This document shows positions 1-12,517 of a DNA stretch of 64,000 nt, one piece after another. This DNA comes from Trichosphaerium sp. ATCC 40318 (taxonomy: Eukaryota; Protista; Tubulinea), in assembly GCA_038496445.1 (NCBI GenBank), contig JALMLS010000564.1, positions 1-64,000 of the forward strand, in the 5' to 3' direction. Each line of letters starts with the position of its first letter. Within the stretch, counting starts at the first letter, position 1. A program made the translations under genes and the position numbers. Below the pieces are notes generated by a model. It ran no database searches. It was not told the origin of the DNA and saw nothing but the letters and a program-made list of their open reading frames with translations.

Positions 1-1668
1 AAATATCTTAGTATTAATGAAGTTTTAGTTACTCCCGAGTTATTCCAAATGTATGGTCTTGCAGCGTTTGGTGCACAGATAGAAGGGAAACAAGCACACT
101 ATGAACAGTTATTAGACATGTCTCGTAGCTCAAGTTGCCACCTGAGCACCACTCTCAGCGGCAATACCGTAGGTAAACAACAGCGTTTAAATTATCTTAA
201 CTTTTTTTTTTTGCACAGCTGGTAATGTCATTTTGAGCACATTGTTATTCTTCAAAGCAGACTTTAGAAGTTCTAAACATTATTCCGAACTAGCCATGAA
301 ACAATCATCTGATCTCATAGGGTTAGGACCTGGTACTACAATGCTCTTATCACAGTTTGCGAGTACTTTCGGCTCATTTTTTATTTCAGATTCACTAGAT
401 GCTAGACTTCTTCATGCCCAAGTAAAAATGCATCGTGTTAAATTTGAAACCCCTGATGAAGCTATAAAAGTATTAAGAAGCCTGGTTTGCGAGTTATTGG
501 AAAATGCCAGTACAAGTGGCCAGTTTAGACAAATCTTCATTTTTTCTTTGCTTCATCAAGTCCAACTTGTTGTACGTCATTTTTATTATACTCTCTAGAA
601 TTCATAATCACGTTTAGTGCGATGAAACATTTGAGAAAGATGAGTGCCTAGACATGGTATCACGACAGACATGCTTGGTACATCATTTTGGTATTCAACC
701 TTCTGACTTTATTGTTTTGTTTAGATGGCTGTTGACAGAGCACAACAAATCATTCAGGAGATGTCAAAAGAAGATCCTTTTAATATTAACTTGGTTCGCA
801 TACTACGGCCATTATCGAGAGGTGTCAGAGCTACTTTATCATTGGCATGTGGAAATCCAAACAAAGCAATTAAGGTAAGTTTATCAACGATTACATCAGA
901 GTTTTATCTCATTTTTTTCAATTAGACAGCAGAAGCGCTATTAGAACAATTATTAACAGATGGAGCGCCAGCTTTTATGAGTCCTATAATAATTAAAACC
1001 TTAATACAAGCACGTTATAGAACATATTTAAGTACTTTATTAATTACTTTAGATTTTTGGTATTACGGGAAGAAAAGCGCCGTTTCAGAAAACGTTATAT
1101 TATCTAAAAGAAGCAGCTACAGTGTACGTTTACCTGTCACAGCCCTTAATTGTATTTGATACCATATGATCCTAAAGCCATAGTAGGTTTCCGCTTGCTA
1201 ATGCTCTTTTTGAGGTAAGTCAATTTGTTTTTTCTTAAAAGTTTGCTGACTTGTAAAAAGTACATGAACGACAGTTTGGGCGGTGCCATTAGAAGTCAAG
1301 ACTCAATTAACCCCTCTGTTATCGATTGTTCAAATGCTTTCGTTAGAATTGGTTTAGACAAAGAACATGAGCCTTGTCCTCAGATACGGCATGAGCACTT
1401 GACTCTTCCAAGTACTTGAAACCAAAAACTGTTTGTAGCTAACTACAGTACAGGTATTATAGAATATGTGCAATCAAAGCAAGACCGGCTCAATGACTTG
1501 AATAAAAACAAACTGACGTTTCCAAGCAGTCCACAAACCTACTCTCCTGACAATACACATGATACTTGCAATGAAGAAGACTTTGCTGCTTTTAATATGG
1601 ACATGGCAATGTCAGATCTTTCTCTTCCAACTGAGACATCTGCGCTATTTGATGTGCGTACAAAGTAA
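1..1668 (+). CDS. 3' portion of a multi-exon gene of unknown function (helical domain plus S/T/D-rich tail; possibly a transcription factor C-terminal region)
   Basis: Open frame from base 1 (KYLSINEVLVTPELFQMYGLAAFGAQIEG...). Short GT-AG introns (e.g. 173-218) join the exons. The last exon ends ...SALFDVRTK* at 1668. The 5' end lies outside the window. Confidence 0.6.
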
Positions 1669-2109
1669 TTGTTATGCAGAGTACCTAAAAGCAATATTTA
1701 GATGTCTCTGAACACTAGTGATGACTGGGCGTTATAAATTTTGTGGAGGATGTAATAAGGTAGTTACTAGTTCTTTCCTTATTCTTTAACGGTGTAAATA
1801 AAAACCTTGCAGTATTTGAGTAGGTAATTTAGGGATAATTGCGGTTCATCAAATAGAGGCCTATGTACAGTTCTAGTACCACACGCGTTAAGGTTATAAT
1901 AGTACAAACATTATTCCTTTTGGAGAAAGCAAAAAAGTCACGTGGCTGTTTTTCTGAATACATTTATTTACCCCGGTCACAAAGTGTTATTTAAAGCAGT
2001 ATCTAATATGTTGTTTGTCCTAAAGTACCATAAACTATTTTCGTAAGTATTGAATTTACTTTCTATTTAAGTTTACTTTACTAACAAACCGCCATGCGGC
2101 AAACAACAG

Positions 2110-5100
2110 CTCGAAGTGGTATTATTTTATTTACGTGGTTCACGTGTATATTACTATCAAAAACGCAAGCTGTACAAGGAACCACAGACGAAATCGTAGT
2201 TGCGTTAACCGTATCAGCTCAAGCGGAGAATCCTAGAACGGTACTTGTAACGGTTTGGTAGCGTTGGATGAAAACCGACCAAAGAAACAAAAAAATCTCC
2301 ACTTCTCTATGTTCCCGTTTTCTTGTATTGTACCAACGGCCTAAGAGCGAAATTTTGGTTCTCCTCTATCGATAACATGGTTTAATATAATTCTTAGCGT
2401 ATTTTAAGCAGAGCTCAATTGGAAGGTATCAAATTTTGGGCGGAGTGGGCGACTAATACCTCAGCAATCACTACAGATAAAAAAGATTATTACAAAGTAT
2501 TTAAAGTCCGAAAAATAAGACAATTTCTCTGACGTTTTGACAGGTAAGGGTTGAATACAAAGAAGACTTTGGTTCACCAGAAAATGCAACGGAAATATAT
2601 CATACCTGGGCTACGCAGAACCCAGACTGGTTTTTGATTGGCACGTGATTTGACGAAAAAAACGTTTCCTTGTTCACGTTTTTGGGTTTTTTTGTTTGAA
2701 AGAAAGACACGTTTTCGTCTTCGGGGTCTACTAACGACTACTTATAGGTCCTTATTCATCAGATTTAAGCGTACCTGTATCCACGAACCTTACAAATAAA
2801 TTACTTGTTGGTGTTACGGTTGGTGCCGAAGGTTTTTATCTTGATAAAGAAGCTTCGTTTTCTGTCACACCAGCAAGCGTTAGGTAGCGAAAAATGACGA
2901 TTATGACGTGACGTAACAATATTGTTCTAGAGCTTTTACAGTTGCTTTGCGGTTTTATCGTACTCATGGTGTGAAGACTGTTTCTAAGATAGTATTCGAT
3001 ACGGGATACAGCAGGTCGGCATGTGGCGATGCGTTTGATCTACAGGTCACTTAATATTCACGTAATGGTTTCTGACTAGCTCCCTTTAATAGGCTGAGGC
3101 GAGTGGTATAACACCGTATAATTATCACGCTCTTGAAGTAAACACTATAACGCCTGAGGCACAAGCAAACTGGACAGCTCTTATTGAGGTACTGTCGTGT
3201 GAAAACATCAATAATAACGAACACACGCTATAGAACGTCATTGAACGAAATGCTGATGGATTAGTTGTTTGTGATACGCCGCCACAAGTTGGGTTTATGT
3301 ACGTTGACAAAATCTATTAATACCAAAATCACGTGATAATGTTTCAGGTTTATGCTCAAAGAAATGCAAAAGAAAAACTGGACACCGAAAGTAATAACTA
3401 CAGCGCCAATGTCAAACGAGTGGAATAACGTTGATGCTGAGTTACGAGAATTTATAACCGGCTCTGGGTTGGTAAGGAAACTATCTTTTGCACTTGATAA
3501 AAACCATATTTATCTGAGAGTTTTCTGTTAGGTCAGCAGAAACTCACGTCAAACAGATGCGTTTTTTGGAAGTACAAACGACTTTTACAAAGCGTTTGAG
3601 AACTATGTTGGTAATGACTCCCTTTCTAATGATATGGCTGGTTTAGCCACAGCTGCAGGTTTACTTTTACAAGAGTCTATAAATGCAAGTGTTCGCATAA
3701 CGTAGTCGCCATAAATGACATTTCACATAGAAAGCAAACTCGTTAGATCAAATAAAGGTAGCGAACGAAATGAAAAGGATTAATTTAGATACTTTCCTAG
3801 GCAAGGTACGACTTTTACGTCCAAAACACAATTACATAATAGGCTTACAATCTTTCTTTGTATTCCGTCTTACACTCTACTAGCTTTCGTTTAACGTACA
3901 TAATGAACAAATGCTTGAAGGACCTTTTATTCAATACACAAATACGAGCGACGAAGCAGTTGGTACACGCCTTTTCATAGAGTGTTATTGCTATCACAAT
4001 GTACTTACTCTCTATAAGTTGTCGGACCTCTGTTGAATGCATTAGCAACCTTTATTTACCCAATGCCTACATGGGAAGAGCGTATTTTTGACACGTCCTT
4101 TGGTAACTACATTTCCGAGTGGATTATACTCTCCTGTGTGTTGATATGTGTTATAATATCTTTATCTTTTGGTGCCTTTATTCTATTCAATATTAACACT
4201 AAGGTTATCGTTGGTGCATGTAAGTGTTCTCATCATTCTTTTGACTGATCACTAAACTGGTTTTTTGATGTTAGCTCCTGTCTTTTTGGCTGGCATTATC
4301 ATTGGCAGTCTAATGATTTATGGAGGTGTTCTTTGCCTAACCCCTGATAACATGACTACTCTAAGATGTCATCTAAGACTATGGCTTGTATTTGTCGGCA
4401 TGAGTGTGCTTTTTGGGTAATTACTTAATCCAACTTAACTTACTTTTTTGTTGTTCTAACAGTTTTACAAAGGTGCTTATTTGCGAAGACATGGCGTGTT
4501 TATAAGATTCATAAAAGTGCAAAGAAGCTAGAATCTGTGTCTATTTCTAATATTCGCGTGGCATTGTTTGCTGGAAGCTTTGCTATTGGACAAATTGTAT
4601 TAGTTTATCACAATATCTGACTTTTCCGTTAATATTTTTTTAAGGTTCTCTCCCTTGTCTACAGTTTGACACTCGATGAGTCTGAGCTTGTGCAACCAGA
4701 TCCTTACAGGAGATCTCAAGATTATTACAAATGTGGAGAGAATACAGTAACAGCTGTTGTTTCACTTGTACAGTCTATCATATTGGTACACACAATTGCT
4801 TCACGTGTACTTTTGACAAACATGTTTTTCATAGGTGATATTGCTTCTTGTTGGTGCTTATTTAGGGTTTCGAGTAAGAGGTGTTAACCTTAAAGTCTTT
4901 AATGAATCAAAGGTAATTAAGCCGCATTGATTATCACGTTGGAAAAAGTTAATTTTCTATGTTTTTACAGGTAATCGGACTCGCGACGTATAATATGACC
5001 TTCTTCTTTTTGTTCACACTCATCATCTCAATAACAATTGTCGATGGAAACGCTAGAGAAGCAGAGTATATTGTTGTATCTCTATGCATTTTACTTAGTG

Positions 5101-5478
5101 CAGGTACGTAATATATTCTAAAACATGGCTTAAACAAAATTTCTTAAGTCAAGGTGTGGTAACACTCAACAGACTTGTTGCCAATGCTCTTTCGGCAACA
5201 TTGTTTTGATTAAGCATATCGTGTTCTTGTTGTTAACGTTTGTAGTTGGTGCTGTCATTTTGTTGTTTTATCAAAAAGTAAGGTTGCTGGGCACAAAGAC
5301 TCTTTCATCGGATCCAGAAGTACCTTCAATTGACCATCAACTTGCTGATATTAGTGTACATACTATGGCGACCGCTAAAAGACAAGATGCAGTTCAAAAA
5401 CTTCGCGATGAAAACAAGAAACTCAGAGAACGTATTCAAGCATTAGAAGCAAAGAAAAACGTCTCTGCACGAAGCTAA
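2110..5478 (+). CDS. Class C (GABA-B/Grl-like) GPCR with N-terminal periplasmic-binding-protein (Venus flytrap) domain; start codon not resolved
   Basis: The spliced product has a signal-like stretch (VVIILFTWFTCILLSKTQA), PBP-like motifs (QLEGIKFWAEW, KEDFGSPENA, FLIGPYSS) and PMPTWEER. It also has 7tm_3 motifs (CHLRLWL, GCLFAKTWRVYKIH, FNESKVIGLATYN) and a C-terminal coiled coil (QKLRDENKKLRERIQALE). Confidence 0.85.
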
Positions 5479-5598
5479 ATATAGCAAAAGAGGCGGCACA
5501 TAAACGCTTTAATTAGACATGTACTTTTAAATGAACCTTCCTTTACTTTTACAGTCTTGATCAGAACGAACAGAAATTATGTGAGGTGTGAAGAACGA

Positions 5599-5699
5599 AA
5601 GATTTGTGTAACCATTTTGTTTCAAAGGCTTCAAAGAAGCGAAGAATAGATGCTTCTAGTAAAAGTAGCTGTGGTGGTAATAACTTCTTTAAAAGATGC
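5599..5699 (+). repeat. 101-bp dispersed copy of a PMS2 intron/exon junction (partner at 50584-50684)
   Basis: Direct alignment by eye shows 3 substitutions and 2 single-base indels over about 101 nt. Confidence 0.95.
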
Positions 5700-5817
5700 T
5701 TAACACTTGCTCGGACATAAATACAATAAAGGTTAACAGAATGCAATTAACACAATACTATACAAAACATTTATTAAAAGTAATAGGTAAGGGTTTGACA
5801 TCACGAAAATTCCTTCA

Positions 5818-8534
5818 TTAAGCTGCCAATTGTGAATCTTCGAAATCAAACACTGAAAGCAATCCAGTGCTACTCATTTCAATAAGTGAAAAAAATCTTA
5901 GAAAAAGTACATTTAATTACGTACGCGTTTGTTGCTATTATCGCTGGTCTATTGTTGTGCGTGATAAACTCTCCAGTGATGTTCTGGAAACGAGTTCTTG
6001 TCTTGCAATCCATATCATGATATGCTCTAATGCAAGCGTTAGAAACAAAGTGCGCAACAAATACAAAATAATATTAACCTGCACTCCATAATAGCACGTG
6101 ACGGCGAGAAATCCCAAAGAGTAAAACAAGGGGCACCAAAGGTACTGAATACGCGCTCCCCGCAGCTTGCTTTAATATCGCCAACACAACTCAACTTGGG
6201 ATCGCTAACTATGCACATTCTAAAAAGCGGTTAGTTTACTTATATTTTTTGGCTACAGCAATTGATCTATTCACGTACGGTTTAGTCATATTACGTATAT
6301 CGTATGCATTCAATATTCCGTCACCGTATCCCATCAAAATTGTGTACTTGTTGATGTAATCATGAGTGTATAAATTCTTTAAAAAAATATGAGCAAATGC
6401 GAATAGTTTTTTTTTCTCACCTTCTTTCCCGCTTGAAAGACCTGCGCTGCTCTATAATTATTCTTTCTGATATCAATAACGTGTAGAGATCCATCATCGC
6501 ATGTACAGCTCGCAAGATAAGGATCTTGAATTAAATTATGTTAGCGTCTTAGTAAATCTTTCTACATACCTGTTGGATGCCATCTCACACTGCCTACTGT
6601 ATCGCCACACATGTACACCAAGTTCTCACCTTGTGTACTAGTTCCATCCGAGAATAATCTAACTATATCCGATACCATAAGAGCTCCATCAAATCCTTGT
6701 AGTTAAGCATAAACAAAAATAACAAAGCCATCATTCAGTACCTCCGCTCAACAAATAACTTTCGTCATTTGGACAAATCGCAAGCTCTCTTATGTTTCTT
6801 TTATGCATGCTTATCGTACCTAATTTAGATAAGAATAAAGAAGCAGGTCAGTGGATAAAAAACGCACGATCTTTCTGGATATTATTGGTTGTGCCAAGCG
6901 TGAACAATGAAGTGTATTTTCCTTGGGCTACTATAATATTGTTTTGGTCCACCCAGTGAATATCACGAACATGCTACGTCACCAATGTTAGTTCAATATC
7001 AAGACATAATAGTACCTCTTGTAATGGGTAAGACCATACTACTGGTCTCTTTTTTATTAGTCTTACGCTCATATCACTTTCTAGTTGAACAAACAATAAT
7101 TTGTTCATGGTAGGATTTTTCTGAGATTCCGTTCCGCAAACAATAATGTTGCGCTTCTTCAATCCGTGGATATTTGGTCTCATAGACGGTTTAGATAAAG
7201 CTCCATGAGAAACTTAACGAGGATATTATTACATGGCAACTATGGAGTAAGGCGTACTATTATAGACTTTCTTCACGTGGGCAGATAAATCGATGCGCTA
7301 ATTATTGTGAGAAGAAAATAAGAATGAAGTCAAAAAAATAGTGGGCGTACTGTTATCATTCGAAGTTCAGTTTTAGTGACACTATCTGTTATTGCGCTCC
7401 ATGATTCAGGTACTTCTAAACCAAAACAGTAAGTTTCTATTGAGTGGTACGAAGAAAACGTACGTTCTAATATTTCTTCGTCAGTGTAGTAATCTTCTTC
7501 TACTTCAGCATCCAGAGTTATTGACTCCTCGTCACTCTCAACTTCCTTTTTTATTTTGACTTTTCGCTTCTGGGGCTGTGCCTTTTTAGGTTTACGTTTC
7601 CTGGTACCTTTCTCTTCTTTGATATCCTTTAAACTCAGTCTGAGTATAAGGTTTTCATCGACAGAAGATGAAATGTCTGTTGATTCATCGTAAGCATCTT
7701 CGGCTAGCTCTTCTTTGATTCTTTGCCTAGTTACTCGCCTGCGCCTTGATGATCTTGGTTCTGTCTTCACGATTGTCATTCTCTGATTTTCGGGTACAAG
7801 TGGCTTTGGAATAGAACCTTCTTCAGTTCTGTCTGTTGATTCTTCGTGTTGTTCTACATCTCGGCGAGAATCGTTTTCTTCACAATACGTATCAGTTTTA
7901 GCGCTTATCTTCTTGCGCTTCCTTTTTTCCTTTGTCAGAGTACTCGGTGCCCGTTTGGAAGTCCTTTTTGGTTCAGTAAAAGCGAGGTCGGTTTGAACAT
8001 CAATCATCTGAGGACAGATTTGCTTCTCGTTCGGTACAACCGAGGCCAAGAAACCTGGGATACTTGGCGTAGGTACAGCGCCGTAGTACCTTTCTTCCTT
8101 TACGCTTGCGTAATCAGAGTGAATCATTGATATATCGCTTGAAAAGAAGAAGCTATCTTCCGGGTTTTGCACGTGATGAGAGGTTTCAATCTTAACATGG
8201 TCTTCGTACAATCGGTGAGAAGTAGGCTGGTGAATGTACACAGGCTGAACATACGGCATTCCGTATTCCGGTTCATTGCTAACGAAGTTAGTATCAAAGA
8301 AGGCGATGCGGCTAACGATAAAAAAAAGAAAGGAATTAAGAGTTCAGCTTACCTCCAGTCGCCTACTGAACCTCGAATGTAGTCGCTGTACCCTGCAGGT
8401 ATGCCATAGTAGCCTGGCGCATGATTTTGTTCAATTTGAGGGTTGCATAGGACCGCAGTCGGTTGTCCGTATTCTATAGGTGGGTTATAGTTCGTTCCAA
8501 AGCCGTTTGATGCGTAAGCGTGGTTGTAGTCCAT
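5818..8534 (-). CDS. WD40-repeat protein with long disordered N-terminus (Y/P-rich, then basic NLS-like and acidic tracts)
   Basis: Splicing joins ORF-track pieces 8349-8534, 7330-8259 and 6974-7183 in frame (...RMIT|RIDLSAHVKKVYN|ISHGAL...). Later exons give WD-like strands (HVRDIHW, VRWHPT|DPYLASC, FTLWDFS). The protein ends ...LSVFDFEDSQLAA*. Confidence 0.75.
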
Positions 8535-8929
8535 GTTGGGCCTGGTGGCGTTAATCGAAGTTTGAGTACTTTTTCAATCAGACAAAAAAAAACGTTTAGG
8601 AAATAAATGTTGCTATTACCTTCTATACGTAAAATAAAACGAGTTTTTTGAAATTGATCTTCGATGCGTGTTAACAAATTAAAGTTGTTTGTACTTTAGT
8701 AAGACTTAAAGCAGGTCTCACTTAAGCTCAATTGATAACGACATCGAAAGTCATTCCTAAACTATTCACATGACGTGATTAGTCACTAGAATTAACGTGT
8801 AATAGTATTAAGTAAGCAGAATCACTTTTTGCCTGGGTGATTAACCTTGAGAAAGCGAAGAAGGTTCAAAGCAAACGAGATTTTTCTGTGAATTTTCCTT
8901 TATGAACATGAGATTACTGTAAGCCTATT

Positions 8930-11900
8930 CTATACACTGGTCACGCTTCCTTCGCTCGTTTGTTCTTCGTTGCTTATAGAGTCTAATAATCCTACTTTTG
9001 ATTCTAATAGAGTCACACGCTCTTTTAAAACAGCGTTCTCTTTGCTTAGCTGTTGTATTGTTTCTGATAATTTTGTCTCGCTTGTGTTATTGCTTTTAAC
9101 ACTTGTATCCACGTTATCAAGTTGTTGACTCATTGAAGGCAGCTCAGGTGATGAAATATCATTTTCTGCTCTCAACATTCTAACCTTTTGATAGAACAAT
9201 AGCAGAACAACTCCAGCTGTACAAAAACATGAATGTTTTGGTTGACAAGAACGAATGTACCTGCACTCAGTAGAATACAAAGCGCTCTAACAATGAAAGA
9301 AGTCTCTCTTGCAGTTTCTGAACTCACTGTTCTTTGTATGATAACACCAAAAATAACAAAGAATATTATGTTATAAGTTGCCAACCCAATCACCTAAAAA
9401 CAATTTAGGTTTACAACAACTATCAGTTTACCTTTGATTCGTTGAATACTTTTAGCTTAATTCTTGAAACCCGGAAGGCTAGATAAGCCCCAACTATCAG
9501 AGATAAAGCCTAAATCAATACTTAGCGTGAGTTTTGTCTGAGTGGTTGCGAGGGCTTTGGTGCATCCGAGGCATACCAGCAGAACAGCTTGAAGAGCCAG
9601 TATTACGTTTGATATGGTTTTAGTACCACACTTTAAGTAGTCTTCTGATCTCCTGTAAGGATCTGTTACTACTATCACTGATTCATCAAGAGTAACACTA
9701 TAAATAATGGAGAGAATCTTTGAAGCAACAGTTAAAGTACATAAGCGAAAACCGACATTGTAAAAGGAAAACAGTAAAGATACAATTTGTACACCAGCAA
9801 ATATGGCGACAACCAAAGCAACTGTACTATTTGTTATCACAACAGCTTCAAGTTTCTTTGCGCTTCTGAAAATTCGAAATACGCGCCATGTTTTGGCAAA
9901 CAAGCACCTTCAAAACAATCAGTATCAAGCAATTAAGAGATCAAGACTCACCCAAAGAGTACACTCATGCCAACAAAATACAGCCAGCTTCTCAAGTGAC
10001 AGAGTATCGTTAGCTCATCTATAGGCCTAAGGCACATTGCACTTAGGTATATCAACATGCTTCCGATAACAATGCCAAATAAGAAAACAGGAGCTAGAAG
10101 AGTTTTGATTTAGATTTAGCTTGATTTTGATTTTTCGCATTGACTTACATGCACCTCTGATGACTTTTGTCTTTATGTTGAAAATGACAAATATACAAAA
10201 CGACATAGACAGGAGCATACATACCAAAAAGAAAGCGAGAAGCACCCACTCAGAAGCACGTGTTCCTAGTAATATGTAAAAGTGCTTGAAACGAAAACAG
10301 TATTGCAAGAGAACTCACCAAAAGGGTTGTCTCTAACACGTTCGTCCCACGTTGGCATGGGAAATATAAAAGGATGTCTAGCGCTTAAAAGCGGGCCAAT
10401 AACTATAGTATTCAATGTTAATGTACCGCTTTTATTGAGCCGATTAGATAACTTGCCTGTGGCTTCTTGTGATTCGTTGATGTACTGAACAAATTTCAAT
10501 GAAAGCAGTTGAGTATGCTTAACATCAAATGACAGCTATAGAAATACAAAACAATGAGATTCAAGAAACCTTAATATCTTGCACCTTTCCCATGAACGTG
10601 TTCAATGAACTTGTAAGTATTTGATCTGTTAGTTGATCTACATCAAGAGACTGAGCTTTCTATTGTAATAGTTATGCCATGACAGTATTAATTTGGTCTG
10701 GTCATACAAGAATGGCATTCTGAATTAATAAACCAGATAAAACAGATAAGGCAACTATATCATCGTTGCTTGACAGTGATTCATTTCTATTAAACTCTTC
10801 GACTTGAGCAAATAAATCGTTGGTAGTATTGAAGATATCACCAGCTTGTCTGGAGTTCCTACTCAGCTAAAAATATCATGTTACAATTAGCATGCAAATT
10901 TATCAGTTGTACCAACGTAGTTCCAGTAATGAAATGTCGAAGATCAGGATCTACTTCGACCCACTCGTTTGTTGAAACAGCTGTTGTTATTACTTTTGGT
11001 ATCCAATTACTTGCTCTCATTGACTCCAAAAAAAACCTAAAACATCTCAACGGTTGTCCTAGCCCGACTAAAATTAAAGCTCTTTTAATGATGTAACATA
11101 CATTAGTCCGTCTTGTGGAGGTTCTTCGCAAAATACCAAAGCATCAGCGTTAAAGTCAATGATATTCTAACATAAACAATAAGAAACAAAAAATTAGCTA
11201 TATATTTCGCACCTTTATAACGGTGCTCCAATTTCCTCCAATTTGCATACTATCAGTTTTTGGTGCATAAAAGTTTGTAGTTACGAACTGATTAGATTTG
11301 GCCTGCAAAGAAAGGTATAAAAATAGAGACTGGTATTATATATACAAATACTCACTATTTCCTCAAACGTATCACCACAAGCGCTGATACTCTCCCTTGA
11401 GTCGAATACTAGCTTTGCAATTGATGTAACACCTTTAGTTCTATAAAATCTCAAAGGTACTGAAAACGTTCTAGCGCACGTGAGTACATATAAAATATGT
11501 AAAAAAACAATATACCTTGAAGTAGCTGGAGCAACAGAATACGAGTATTGTTTGTTCAAATAAAAGTCCTCATCACCTGTCGTACCAATCAATAGTTTTT
11601 TATTTGGTTCAGTTATATTAGTAGAAACTGCTAAGCTTATATCCACGTCAAGAGGCGCTACGACACAGTCAGTTATGTAAATTCCTTTCGCAGTTTCTTA
11701 CCAATAAGAAAGTTGATTTCCGAATCGTTCGCAAAAGCTGTGTATGCCTCTAACGCGTTTTCAGGTATTCCAAAGTCTTCTTTCGTTACGATACTAACCT
11801 AAAACAAAAAAAATTAACGGTAATGGAAAAACAACATTGTGAGTAAAATCACGTGCGTTATAGCCAGTGTCGTTTATCATTATGCTTTCCGAATTTATTC

Positions 11901-12171
11901 GATTTGCCCAAAATAACAATCCCTCAAGCTGTGCTGCGCTCTTTGCTCTCTTATTTTATTTAATCAAAACCAAACGTTTATCGCACGTGTTCTTTTAGCT
12001 TTTTAGCCAAAACTTTTTATTTCGCACCTGGACTGTATCGAGGGACTGAGTTGATGTACAAAGTCCAATTTTAATAGTATTTTGGCTTGTAATTAATGTA
12101 ACCCATGTTATTAAGCATATTACTACAATACCAATATGTACGGGATAGCAGAAGCTGTAACTGTTTGGCAT
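8930..12171 (-). CDS. Class C (GABA-B/Grl-like) GPCR, paralog of the gene at 2110-5478
   Basis: Starts MPNSYSFCYPVHIGIVVICLITW (signal peptide). Contains QLEGLLFWA, KEDFG, PMPTWDER, CLFAKTWRVFRIF, FNESK|VIGLATYN and a coiled-coil tail QQLSKENAVLKERVTLLE. Most intron positions match the paralog. Confidence 0.88.
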
Positions 12172-12517
12172 TGGTATATTTAACTACTTTTGTAGTCTCA
12201 GTTTGACCAGCACACTTTTGTTACCGCAACGAATTTACTTTTCGAGAATGTGCACAAATAAGTCTCGTAGCTCAGGGTATGAATTTGTCGTTAATCTTTT
12301 TGTCTACACTGTGGGGCAATTATTGAGGGTTTTGTTGTTGAGCACATCAATAGAAGGTCGCAAACTTTAAGTGAAAAATTGGCCTTGTTTTCGAGTAGCA
12401 CTTTGTGTTAGACCAGATCTCCAACACCAGCCACAAACACCGAAGGCGAGCTTGCGTGCTACCACAAAAGGGGGAGCTCAAATAATGTCTATTTATTTCT
12501 ATGCAATGCTCTGAACG

